Shown piece by piece: positions 1 to 12,015 of a stretch of 64,000 nt of DNA. The notes under the pieces were generated by a model. It had not been told where the DNA came from. It made no database searches and saw nothing but the letters and a program-made list of their open reading frames with translations. Source of the DNA: Ranitomeya imitator (Eukaryota); assembly GCF_032444005.1 (NCBI RefSeq), contig NC_091291.1, positions 13,578,001 to 13,642,000 on the forward strand, read 5' to 3'. The translations under genes were made by a program, and so were the position numbers. Numbering within the stretch: the first letter of the stretch is position 1; the number at the start of each line of letters is the position of its first letter.

Positions 1-1132
1 TCACAAGCCATATGCGGCCACCAGTATGTCCTCGCCAGTAACTCAGATGTCCTTTTGGTACCAAAATGTCCACCCATCCTGGATGAGTGTGCCCAAGAGA
101 GAACCTCCGGTCGCAAACTGGATGGTACAAAAGTCTTGCCCGGAGGCACAGACTCTAGCGAAACCGGGGCCACAGTTCTCAAGCTCTCGGTGGGGACAAT
201 AAGCCGAGGCTCCTCCTCCTCCTCCGCAGATGACACAACGGAGCGAGAGAGAGCGTCGGCCCGAATGTTCTTCTCCCCAGAAAGAAAATGGAGGGTGAAA
301 TGAAACCGGGAGAAGAATAAGGACCATCTGGCCTGGCGAGAATTCAACCACTGGGCTGTCTGCAGGTACACCAAATTTTTATGGTCTGTGAAGACTTGGA
401 AGGGAAAACGTGCTCCCTCCAAGAGATGTCTCCACTCCGAGAAAGCCAACTTCATGGCTAGCAACTCCCTGTCCCCGATGGAATAATTCCTCTCTGCTGG
501 TGAGAAGGTCTTGGAGAAAAAGAAGCAAGGATGCTTCCGACCTTGAGCATCCTTTTGGAAGAGGACTGCTCCAGCACCAACAGAAGAGGCATCCACCTCC
601 ATGATAAATGGCTTATCAACATCAGGGCGATGTAGGATGGGAGCGCTAGCGAAGTGTGACTTTATAGAGTTAAAGGCCTTGGAGACCTCCTCAGACCACA
701 ATTTGGGATTCGCCCCCTTCTTGGTGAGGGCAACCAAGGGAGCTACCAAAGTTGAGAAGTGCGTAATGAACTGGCGATAATAATTAATGAACCCCATAAA
801 GCGCTGCACCGCTTTAAGAGAATGGGGTTCCTGCCAGTCCATCACAGCCTGTAGTTTGGCAGGATCCATAGCCAATCCCTGGGCAGAGATGATGTAGCCT
901 AGGAAAGGTAAGGACTCCTGCTCAAACATACACTTCTCCAACTTGGCATAGAGGGAGTTTGCCCGTAGGAGGTCGAAGACTTTGCAAACATCTCTCCGGT
1001 GGGAGTCAATATCTGGAGAGTAGATGAGAATATCATCCAGATAGACTACGACCGAGGTGGAAAGCATATCCCGGAAGATATCGTTCACAAAGTCTTGGAA
1101 AACGGCTGGGGCATTACAGAGCCCGAAGGGCA

Positions 1133-2974
1133 TCACCAGATATTCATAGTGCCCATCCCTGGTGTTAAAACCGTCTTCCATTCGTCCCCCTCACGGATGC
1201 GAATCAGGTTGTAAGCACCCCGCAGATCTAGTTTAGTAAATACCCTTGCTCCCCGAAGCCTATCGAAGAGCTCAGATATCAAGGGCAAAGGATACTTATT
1301 TTTAACGGTGATGGCGTTAAGACCCCTGTAGTCTATGCATGGACGCAATTCCCCATTCTTCTTCTGCACGAAGAAGAACCCTGCCCCAGCAGGTGACACT
1401 GACTTCCTAATGAATCCTCTTGCCAGATTTTCCTGGATGTACTGTGACATTGCCTCCGTCTCCGGGAGAGATAGCGGATAGACTCGACCCCGGGGAGGCT
1501 CAGCACCAGGCAAGAGATCAATAGGACAGTCATAGGGGCGATGGGGCGGAAGGATCTCCGCCGCCTTTTTGGAGAACACGTCTGCATAAGACCAATACTG
1601 CTTGGGGAGAGAGGAAAGATCTGCGGGTACCTCTGTAGTAGCAACCTGAACGCACTCCCTCTGACACCTACCCCCACAAGATTCGCCCCATCCCAGAATT
1701 CTGCCTGAGGACCACTCGATATGAGGAGAGTGGTACCGTTGCCAAGGTATTCCCAACAGGACCTCATCAATTCCCTCAGGAATGACGAGCAGAGATATAA
1801 TCTCCTGATGAGATGGCGACATGGACAGAGTAAAAGGGATGATCTGGTGTGTTATCTGTGAGGGCAGTGTCGACCCATTCACCACTTGTACCGTTACTGG
1901 TTGAGCTAGCATAACCAGGTGTATTGCGTGACGTTGGGCGAAGGCAGAAGACATAAAATTGCCCTCCGCCCCAGAATCCACGCAGAGCTCTACCGAGTGG
2001 GAGAATGAGCCTATAGTAATTGTCCCCTTAAAGGACAATTTAGAGGCAAACGTCGCCGTGTCTAGTGTACCTCCACCTACTACCACTAGACGCTGACGTT
2101 TCCTCGACCGCTGGGGACATCTGGTGGCTAGATGTCCTGACTGCTGGTAAACATGACAGACCTTGAGTGCACAAGCGGTCCGGGACTTAGATCCCGCTTG
2201 TGACACTTCCCTGGCCACATGTGAATCAGGAACCAGGACCGGAGATTCCAGAGGTTTGGCGAAGGTAGGAGCCAGCCGAAACCTCTGCCTACACTGGGCT
2301 CGCTCTAACCTCCGCTCGTTAAAACGGAGGTCAATTCGAGTGGAGACAGTTATTAACTCCTCCAGTGTGGCAGGAATCTCCCTAGTGGCCAGAGCGTCCT
2401 TAACGTGATCAGCCAGGCCCCTCCAAAATATGGGAATAAGAGCTTTATCCGACCAATCCAGCTCAGCAGCTAAAGTGCGAAATTGGACGGCAAAATGACT
2501 GACCAAGGACTCACCCTGAGTTAATGCCAGCAGTTGGAGAGCAGTATCATGGGTGACTTGAGGTCCTAAAAAGACCTGTTTCAGAGTGCTCAGAAACAGC
2601 GGAGCACTCTGCACCACATGATCGCCACGCTCCCACAGCGGCGTAGCCCATTCCAACGCCCTGTCCGACAAGAGAGACACTATAAATCCCACCTTAGCCC
2701 GCTCTGTGGGAAAACGTGCAGCCAGGAGCTCGAGGTGAATAGAGCATTGACTCACAAATCCCCTACAAAATTTGCTATCACCAGAAAATTTTTCTGGCAG
2801 CGGGAGGCGAGAAAATGTCGGAGCAAGGGTGGCAATGGACAGGGTTGCTGCAGCCACGCTAGCAGCCTGTACAGCAACTGCGGTAACATCCACAGCTGAG
2901 GTTGCGCTCTCAAGAGCCGCCAACCTACCCTCCAGCTGCTGGATATACCGCAAGGATTGCTGTTTGTCCGTCAT
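1133..2974 (-). pseudogene. gag-pro-pol polyprotein, N-terminal part; a 1-nt deletion at about 1170/1171 shifts the frame in RT, and pol continues open in another frame to position 1
   Basis: The 613-aa ORF ends EWKTVLTPGMG where EWKTAFNT is expected. The shifted frame reads FNTRDGHYEYLVMPFGLCNAP...YLDD...TDHKNL...YWWP with no stop to the window edge. The zinc knuckle is degenerate (CHVYQQSGHLATRC). Confidence 0.92.
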
Positions 2975-2990
2975 TACTAGCCAGACCCTG

Positions 2991-3001
2991 GCGCTAGTGT
3001 A
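2991..3001 (-). promoter_or_regulatory. Non-tRNA primer-binding site TACACTAGCGC (self-priming type)
   Basis: Directly after the LTR CA end; complementary to minus-strand LTR sequence GCGCTAGTGTA at 3581-3571; no TGG tRNA-type start. Confidence 0.85.
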
Positions 3002-3002
3002 A

Positions 3003-3980
3003 TGTTAGGGCTAGCGGAACGCACCAAATAATGATACAGATAGAGTATGGTGCGTTCGCAGCCCGGGGTCCACCGTGCAGAGATGGAACCTGCTGCCAAG
3101 TAATGATGGACTATATGGCGGTACTCATAAGTATACACACGTGGGTTAGACTTCACCCAACGTGAAGGAAGCAATCCTGTTGCGTCACAGGATCGCGGTA
3201 CCGCACATAGAGCGCGAGCAAGTAGTCAGCGAACTCAACCCCAACTAGGATTGAAGTCCGATTAGACCCTTGCTGGCACAACACCGCAACTGGGTGTGTA
3301 AGGAAAATAACAATATTTAGGGCACAAGAGTGCATGCGGTGCCGCACTGACGAACGCCACTAACCACCCAGGCTTGGGTAAGGAAAGCACAGAGGAAGTG
3401 CACGGCGCCGTACTGGCGGTCACAGCAACTGGACGCTGTAATGTGTGATTTGTGCTGTAGGATAAGTCGGGCGCTAGATAGCAACCATACACCTTCCGCG
3501 AACAGACATTCAATAGGGAAGGGGTATCCAAGGACGACTTGCACTCACAACAAACACACGTATGCAAATGTACACTAGCGCATGGCCGTGCGGTCATGCG
3601 CAGTTTATATAGTTGCAGCACAGGAAGTGGCCACAGAAACTTTGCCCTTCCAAGACCTGCCAAGAGGACCAATGGAATGTGCTGCAGGGCCTGAGCACAT
3701 GACCCTCGATCTCCAACGGGAGATCTTGCCCTGGGCATGCTCAGTGTGTGCAGACAAGGACTTAGTCCCAGAGAAGTCTGCTCGCTGCTGACCAGCACTG
3801 GCTTTAATGGCAGAAGCTGAAGAAGCAGCAGTAACTCTCTGTACAGAGTGAGACTGAGCAAGACGCTGGGACCGACGTCCCTGCTGAGCAGACTCCACTG
3901 TGGCTGGATAAGAATGGGAGACCGCAGCGGAGATGGCTCGAGATTCCCCCTGTGCAGAAGCTGGAACTCGAGACCTAACA
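3003..3980 (-). repeat. 5' LTR of family A Gypsy (978 bp)
   Basis: Termini TGTTAGG...CCTAACA form an inverted repeat; lies 29 nt upstream of the gag ATG; minus-strand TATATAAA at 3611-3604. Confidence 0.92.
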
Positions 3981-3981
3981 A

Positions 3982-4484
3982 TGTCAAGGGTTAACTTTGC
4001 TTTGCCTCATTCTGGGCTCAAGTTTGCTATTTAGCTCTCAGGTATCCTGCTGGTGGTGTCAGCTATAGTTATGTCTTCGGTGTGTGAACCTGACTCTGGT
4101 AACTCTTGATTTGTCCTACTGTGATCCCTGACTTGTCCCTTGTCTGTTTACTGCCTCTGTCTGCCCTTTTCCCATCGTTTCTCTGTTTTTCTGCTTGATT
4201 CTCCGATTCTGACCTCCTGGCTTGGCTATTGACTCAGTTACTGTTTGTCCCTATTCTACCGTATATTGCCCGTTCTGGTTTACTGATCTCTTGCTACGTC
4301 CTGACTATGCGTTCTGTCCAATCCTTTTGTACTGTCGTGCTATCTCGTGCTTTGACTCAGCTTGTCTGACCACTCTCTTGCCACTTGGTGGCATCTGTTC
4401 TGCTGCTCTCTGTGTGCAGTCTCAATTCCCTCTCAAGCTTCCCCTGGTGGAGGTTGCGCTGTACTGCATTGCAGCAGCATGACA
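3982..4484. mobile_element. Possible solo LTR or LTR-like remnant
   Basis: TGTCA...TGACA termini and a CT-rich strand like the other LTRs here; a TSD cannot be verified because the Gypsy LTR abuts its left end. Confidence 0.35.
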
Positions 4485-4785
4485 GCAACCCATAAAGTCT
4501 CTATTTACAACCTCTAGATCCAAAGTCATCATCTTCATGCTCAAACATGTAGAGCACTTGTAGAAACTGTCTGAATATTGATTCTTGGTAAAGCAGCAGC
4601 TGAAAGCAGCTTCTAAAGAGCATAAACTCAGCAGATAAAACAGCATTTTCAGCATGATGTATGGGAGAGAAGGAAGCAAAATAAGCTGATATCTTTGTTC
4701 TATATTTTCTACTTGATATCGCGTTTTATATTTTTGTGCTGTTTTTGTAGCAATGTAATAAAATATATACATCTTTTTCTTGTAG

Positions 4786-4833
4786 GGTTTACAGTTCAGA
4801 ACTGAGAATACATACGCAGAGCTCAAAACCTAA
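4786..4833 (+). CDS. Putative terminal coding exon GLQFRTENTYAELKT* (second half of an ITAM) of a convergent immune-receptor gene
   Basis: Polypyrimidine acceptor atctttttcttgtag; phase-0 frame GGT TTA CAG...ACC TAA; pattern (Yx)GL-x7-YAEL resembles the intron-split ITAM of the FcR gamma chain. Confidence 0.55.
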   Translation, partial: GLQFRTENTYAELKT

Positions 4834-6890
4834 TATAGTACTATTCACTGTGACACAAGAATATTTGTACTACAAGTCAATGATTCTAGGAAAACCAGAG
4901 CACAGACCAAATTCCACTCTAATCCTCATCTTCTTCCCAAGTCGTTCCTGCAGGGATTATTCTCTTCGTATATTTGTACAACAGCTCTATAATATGAGAA
5001 CCACATGCAACAACCTCCAGAATTTATGAAAAAGAAAGGATCTGATGACATTTACTCATTTTTTGAACATTACTAAAAGGATAAAGTATTTGGTAATCCA
5101 GTTGTATTTTGTTATACCAGGATGAAAATATCTAGGAGCTCCACAGAACCCTAGCTGGTGAATATACAGGTAATATTGTCACCAGTCCACTAAACCACAA
5201 GCCAAGCTAAGATTTACACTGGGATGATGGTGGTGGAAAAAAATATAGGCAATAGCAAAAACAAGTATTAATTTAGTCCAATGGAACATGGTGTTCACAA
5301 TCAGATTTCTCCTGGTATTGACTATATAGTCCTCTTTGGCTCAATCTGGTCCACCATGGTTCTAGGTCAACATGACAAGGACTAGTTGAGAAATGTCATT
5401 GGTCACTGTATACACAGGGTGCTGTAGATGTTCCAGCAGATGGACCTGTGTACACTATCAACTTGAGAGTCAAGACTGGAGACTGGAGGTTGGAGTAATT
5501 CATCTAAATTCCAGCAAGTCATCGTCCTTCTTACCCTCTCCGATTTCAGGAGAAGTCGGATGAGCAAATTCACAAACTTATCCAACTTTTTCCTGTGTCA
5601 GAATGTAATCACTTTGCAAGAAAAAAAAAAAAAAATTGACAAGCACCTCTTGGCAAAATGGATTAAATGGACAGGTGCAGAGCAATAAATGGCAGTGACT
5701 GCATTGGACTCTCTGAGCCCGCTGAGGCCTAGATGACCATTGAATAATTTCGAACCTCATTAATGCTACTTAGACTGAATATTTGTACGTGGCGCACAGT
5801 TTTATAATTGTGTGAGCTCATCTGCCGGTGACAAGGCGACATCCATGGATTTATAGTACTAATTTTCCTGTCAAAATTGATTTAAATGGTGGTAAAAATA
5901 TGCAAAACTGCCCAGTGTTCATACTCCAAGAAACTCAAATTAATAAAATTGTTATCATCCTATATATACCTTTTAAAAGTAATATAAGAATGGTTGTAAA
6001 ATAAGAAGATTAAGTTTTCGGTGGCAATTTAAATGTCACTCATAATAGAAATTTGTGTTTTACAAGGAAGGAAATCAAAAGGTTACGGTAAGTAATAAAG
6101 CGCTAAAGGGAGCAGTTAAGAGCCACCACTTACAGGCACAAAGTAGAGGCTTTGGGAGGACAGCATAAATTAGGATCTTCTGCTGGAGTTTTGGGATTGG
6201 AAGAAGTTAACTGTTTACTGAAGGGGCTTGAAACGGAAATTTGAGGGGAGTTGGTTTAGGGTCATGGAGGGAGTGGGCTCACCTTTTTATGTGAGTAGGA
6301 GGATTTCAGGAGAGGAGTTATGAGGAAGAAGACATCATGGGACATTCATCTTCAGCAGCAGACCGTTGAGTGCAAAGCTTAAAATTACTTGGAACCACTA
6401 TGGAAGAGGAGGTTGGGGGATTTTCTTCCTTTTGTCGTTCATTGGAAGCAGTTGGAATAAACGAAGGAGGTTGTTGAAAGATGTATTTCTTGGAAGTACA
6501 TCACAGGTATAACATAAGTATTTATATAAGAAGGCCCGTGCCTGTCTTAGATCACGGTGGCTCGTTTGTACGAGGAATCGGCAGCTGAGGTGCCCTCAAG
6601 TCTTTGGGGAAGGAATGAGGGCCGAATGAAAGAGTTGATGTTCAGAGCTATAAAGAAGAGATAATGGATCGTCATTTCTCTGCAAGTTGTGGCGCACGTG
6701 GAAAGGAAGTGCAAAAGAAGGTAAAGGTCCTGGCACTCACGTATTGAGGAATTTCTTTTTATTCAATGCACCAATCCAACTAGACATTTTAGCCCGTCCC
6801 ACGCTTTTTTCAATAGTGCACTTGAGATACAAAAATATACTTATATACAATCACATTAATGAAATGACATCATATGTTACACATGGGAAG

Positions 6891-7201
6891 TAGTGATGAG
6901 CCAGTGTGCTCGTTACTCGAGATTTCCGAGCATGCTCAGGTGGTCTCCGAGTATTTTGGGCATGCTCGTAGATTATGTTTGTGTTCCTGCAGCTGCATGA
7001 TTTGCGACTGCTAGACAGCCTGAAAACACGTGGGGATTCCCTAACAAACAGGCAATCCCTGCATGCGTTCAGGTTGTCTAGCACCTGCAAATCATGCAGC
7101 TGCGGAGACAAAAACATAATCTACGAGCACGCCCAAAATACTCGAAGACCACCCAAGCATGCTCGGAAATCTCGAGTAACGAGCACACTGGCTCGTCACT
7201 A
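6891..7201. mobile_element. hAT-type MITE
   Basis: TIR TAGTGATGAG.../...CTCGTCACTA; perfect 8-bp TSD ATGGGAAG (6883-6890, 7202-7209). Confidence 0.9.
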
Positions 7202-7720
7202 ATGGGAAGCAAACCCTGTTACAGAAATATAATTATAATCAATGTAAATTACACAATTCTTAAAAAAAAAGAAAGAATAAAATAATACAGGAATTATTTA
7301 TCATACACAAAATACAGAAATTAAAAAAAAAACAAAGGAAAGTAATTTTTTAAATTTATATACCATGTCCCATGATAAAAACACATCTATTTATCCAACG
7401 GAAGTGAATCGGATATATAGTGGATCAGTAAATAGATTCATTATTATTAAATCAAAATGTATAAATTTATATAGATTTATATATCTATATATTTTTTTTA
7501 TTTTTTAGCTATATTTCTTAGTATTTCATTTAAAACGTTTCTTTGCATATCATTTCTCGATCAATTTATCAGCTCCCAATCGATCCCGATCCACTCCCAA
7601 TCGATCCAGATTTCACATGCAGGGACTCATCAATGGGAATTAAGGTACAAGGGACGTCTAAAAAGGAAAAAGACAACATAAGAAAAGGGAAAACGAAATA
7701 ACCGATCTCACTTGATGCCA

Positions 7721-8795
7721 TTAATCTCTATTCAGACCATTTGGCGATAATGAATTGAGAGTGTGTATCCGAAATGCCTCTCTCCGGAGGAGGACTTTTA
7801 TTTTAATATACCACCTCTTTTCGGGATTGTGACTTGTTCTATTATTTGGAATTTTAATTGTGAAATTGTATGATTTTATCTTTAAAATGGGATAGAAGTT
7901 GTAACATAGTATCTCCACCTCTAATTGTCGATTTATGTTCATATATGAGTACCCCGACCTGTTGGGTTGTTTCCCCAATATAAATATATATGGACCAAGG
8001 AAAGACATGCCCACAGTCCGTTCCGAAGCACAAGCAGTCTGTCTCTCTGTCTCTATGATGAGGAACATGTTTGTTCTTTCCTTGGTCTCTCCTTGGTTTC
8101 TCTGGCTTAGAGCAGTAAGTTCAGACTCTGCCTACAGTCCGGCCCCGGATAACGGGCATCATAATAACTGAAAACTTCTAACATTGATTTCACAAGAACC
8201 ACAAGACCAATTTCTTCACCCCAGGAATAATTTTAATCAGTATTACAGCACCAACCTGACAATGCCTGTAGTTTACTTCTGACAGGTTCGCTTTAAACAA
8301 ACTTACATTCCATATTTCTTGGCAAAAATAAAGAATTGTCTAGATAACTTAATCTCACTTCCCATGTCCGTTCGAACCAATTTGTTTCTAACATTGAGTA
8401 ATTTTTTTATTACAAATTAATGGAGGATTTTTGATTCCCAAAATGTCTGGGTACGCTTGATGTAAAATGTGCCAGTGTTTTTTAACTATTTGAGCCACTT
8501 TAGTATTTATGAGGTGACATTCTCTAACTAAAGGGATCCTAATAAACGTCGTCTTAGATCAGCTTCTCTTAATTGCGGCATCCATTTCAGCTTTGTCCAA
8601 TAGGTGTATTGGAAAACCCCTTGTAAGAAAATTGTTTTTTTCATCTCGGTACGTCTGCATTCACAAAACGTGTTCAGAAACAATCCTATGAACCCTCAGA
8701 AACTGCGATCTCGAGATTGGCTTTCTTAACGAATAGGGATGTGCACTTTCAAAATGTAGTACACTGTTCTAATCTGTTTGGGTTTTTTTAAAGTT
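7721..8795 (-). mobile_element. Degenerate Penelope-like element: RT thumb and GIY-YIG endonuclease, interrupted by small insertions
   Basis: Minus-strand fragments across frames: NSVLHFESAHPYSLRKPISRSQFLRV, FLTRGFPIHLLD, IVKKHWHILHQAYP, NVRNKLVRTDMG, YIGETTQQV...EHKSTIR, LLRREAFRIHTLNSLSPNGLN. Confidence 0.85.
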
Positions 8796-9282
8796 GTAGA
8801 GCTAGACCTTCAAATGTCCCCTTTTTTATTTAATTTATATATGTAATGTTATAGTAATTATTGTTATATATTTTAATAAAGAGGCTCCTGAGGCGGTTAC
8901 ATCCTATATCCTATGGTCTTGTGTTTTTTTTATTCATAGGGAGGAGGAGCAGGACTTGTAAGTAATCAAAAAATGAAAGGAAGGGGCCAGAGATAGTCAA
9001 ATTCCAAAGTCATGGTGGGAGGGTGTGGATTGTAAAGAGGATGAAAATGAGAAAATCTGTATTCATTGATGAAGACATATTATACCTCTGAATTGAGATA
9101 TTTTTAGAATGAAAGATAAGTCTAGGGGGAGGAAGGAGCAGATTTCTCTAATTAGATATTTTACAAAATTTCTTATTTTCACATGTATTATTGATTTATG
9201 AAATAAAAAATGTAAATGACAGTTACTCTTTAGGTCAGTTTGTAAATACACTGATCATTTTTTACTTTCGTCATTTTACTCT

Positions 9283-11310
9283 ACAGCTGCACTCATTATT
9301 CTGCTGCTGGAGTCACTGCATACTTATATAACATTCCTGAGTTACATCCTGTATTATACTCCAGAGCTGCACTCTCTATTCTGCTGGTGCAGTCACTGTG
9401 TACATACATTACATTACTGATCCTGAGTTACATCCTGTATTATACCCCAGAGCTGCACTCACTATTCTGCTGGTGCAGTCACTGTGTACATACATTACAT
9501 TACTGATCCTGAGTTACATCCTGTATTATACCCCAGAGCTGCACTCACTATTCTGCTGGTGCAGTCACTGTGTACATACATTACATTACTGATCCTGAGT
9601 TACATCCTGTATTATACCCCAGAGCTGCACTCTCTATTCTGCTGGTGCAGTCACTGTGTACATACATTACATTACTGATCCTGAGTTACATCCTGTATTA
9701 TACCCCAGAGCTGCACTCACTATTCTGCTGGTGAAGTCACTGTGTACATACATTACATTACTGATCCTGAGTTACATCCTGTATTATACCCCAGAGCTGC
9801 ACTCACTATTCTGCTGGTGCAGTCACTGTGTACATACATTACATTACTGATCCTGAGTTACATCCTGTATTATACTCCAGAGCTGCACTCTCTATTCTGC
9901 TGGTGCAGTCACTGTGTACATACATACATTACATTACTGATCCTGAGTTACATCCTGTATTATACCCCAGAGCTGAACTCACTATTCTGCTGGTGCAGTC
10001 ACTGTGTACATACATTACTGATCCTGGGTTACATCCTGTATTATACCCCAGAGCTGCACTCACTATTCTGCTGGTGCAGTCACTGTGTACATACATTACA
10101 TTACTGATCCTGAGTTACATCCTGTATTATACCCCAGAGCTGCACTCACTATTTTGCTGCTGCAGTCACTGTGTACATACATTACTGATCCTGAGTTACA
10201 TCCTCTATTATACTCCAGAGCTGCACTCACTATTCTGCTGGTGCAGTCACTGAGTACATACATTACTGATCCTGAGTTACATCCTGTATTATACTCCAGA
10301 GCTGCACTCACTATTCTGCTGGTGCAGTCACTGTGTACATACATTACATTACTGATCCTGAGTTACATCCTGTATTATACTCCAGAGCTGCACTCACTAT
10401 TCTGCTGGTGCAGTCACTGTGTATATACATTACATTACTGATCCTGAGTTACATCCTGTATTATACTCCAGAGCTGCACTCACTATTCTGCTGGTGCAGT
10501 CACTATGTACATACATTATATTACTGATCCTGAGTTACATTCTGTATTATACTCCAGAGCTGCACTCACTATTCTGCTGGTGCAGTCACTGTGTACATAC
10601 ATTACATTACTGGTCCTGAGTTACATCCTGTATTATACCCCAGAGCTGCACTCACTATTCTGCTGGTGCAGTCACTGTGTACATACATTACATTACTGAT
10701 CCTGAGTTACATCCTGTATTATACTCCAGAGCTGCACTCACTATTCTGCTGGTGCAGTCACTGTGTACATACATTACATTACTGATCCTGAGTTACATCC
10801 TGTATTATACTCCAGAGCTGCACTCACTATTCTGCTGGTGCAGTCACTATGTACATACATTACATTACTGATCCTGAGTTACATTCTGTATTATACTCCA
10901 GAGCTGCACTCACTATTCTGCTGGTGCAGTCACTGTGTACATACATTACATTACTGGTCCTGAGTTACATCCTGTATTATACCCCAGAGCTGCACTCACT
11001 ATTCTGCTGGTGCAGTCACTGTGTACATACATTACATTACTGATCCTGAGTTACATCCTGTATTATACTCCAGAGCTGCACTCACTATTCTGCTGGTGCA
11101 GTCACTGTGTACATACATTACATTACTGATCATGGGTTACATCCTGTATTATACTCCAGAGCTGCACTCACTATTCTGCTGGTGCAGTCACTGTGTACAT
11201 ACATTACATTACTGATCCTGAGTTACATCCTGTATTATACCCAGAGCTGCACTCACTATTCTGCTGGTGCAGTCACTGTGTACATACATTACATTACTTA
11301 TCCTGTACTG
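9283..11310. repeat. 86-bp tandem repeat array (about 24 units, some 75-bp variants)
   Basis: Unit ctgatcctgagttacatcctgtattataccccagagctgcactcactattctgctggtgcagtcactgtgtacatacattacatta; repeated ORF starts are spaced by 86 bp. Confidence 0.98.
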
Positions 11311-12015
11311 ATCCAGAGTTTGAACTTTATCCATAACTTACCGGTGGTGTACACCAATGTGTAATTCTGTCTTTTGAGAATTGATCAATTATAAATAGTC
11401 CTGAGTTATATCCAGGTATTATACAACAGAGCGGCACTCACTGTTCTGCTGGTAGAGTGAAATACAGGATGTAAAACAATGTGGTGTGACCCCTATTTTT
11501 GAGAACCAGCCAAGGGAAAGCAAACAGCTGTGAGCTGTTTTTTTATCAGCTCACAGTTGTCTTCTTTGCCTTTGCTGGTTATTAAAATTAGAGGGGGGTC
11601 ATTTTTTTAAATTATTTATTTTACACTATTCCTCACTCGAGTAGTGTCCTGCCCCTATGCTAGTCAGGGCACAATTGCGGTGCCAACCATGATACAGCAT
11701 TTATACAGGCCAGGTCACATGTTGCGCCGGCGGGTACAGACATGCCAATACTTGATATGGCTGTGATGGGTCTAGAAGTGTTTATAGCCTAAATGCTCTG
11801 CTGCATCGTGTCAAAAAAACTAATCAGCACCTAACCCGAACAGTAAAACAGACTTTCTGCGAAAAAGTCCATGTTCGGTACACTAGCTATCCAATGTGAA
11901 AATCGAACTTTACTGTTCGGGTTCGCTCATCCCTACAAATTGTTTCACTTTTATATTTTTATAAAAATAATTTGGCAACTGGAAAGCAGTGTTCAATGGT
12001 GGACAAACCCTTTAA

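Larger units (their letters stand above)
1..3980 (-). mobile_element. Ty3/Gypsy (Tf1/sushi-like) LTR retrotransposon, family A: 5' LTR, gag, protease, RT, RNase H and start of integrase; runs off the left edge
   Basis: Minus-strand motifs: gag (PLPEKFSGD), protease VDSGA, RT (RPCIDYRGLN, KLDLRGAY, YLDD), RNase H (EVDAS, TDHKNL), integrase zinc-finger start (HSSRMGGH). LTR at 3003-3980. Confidence 0.97.

Noticed and set aside
5403-5585. Minus-strand ORF ending NIYSTLCIQ* as a possible ITIM terminal exon
   Set aside because: Residue at Y-2 is Asn rather than I/V/L/S, and I found no phase-2 acceptor placing it in frame with the 32-bp exon.
6100-6700. Possible L1/Tx1 fragment
   Set aside because: Composition is suggestive but I could not identify a diagnostic motif.
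8940-8957. Plus-strand microexon-like signals (8940-8957, about 6067-6087, about 25633)
   Set aside because: Isolated splice-like motifs that do not assemble into a coherent gene.
9398-11364. Many MYIHYITDPELHPVL ORFs
   Set aside because: Frame cycling through an 86-bp tandem repeat; no evidence of coding function.
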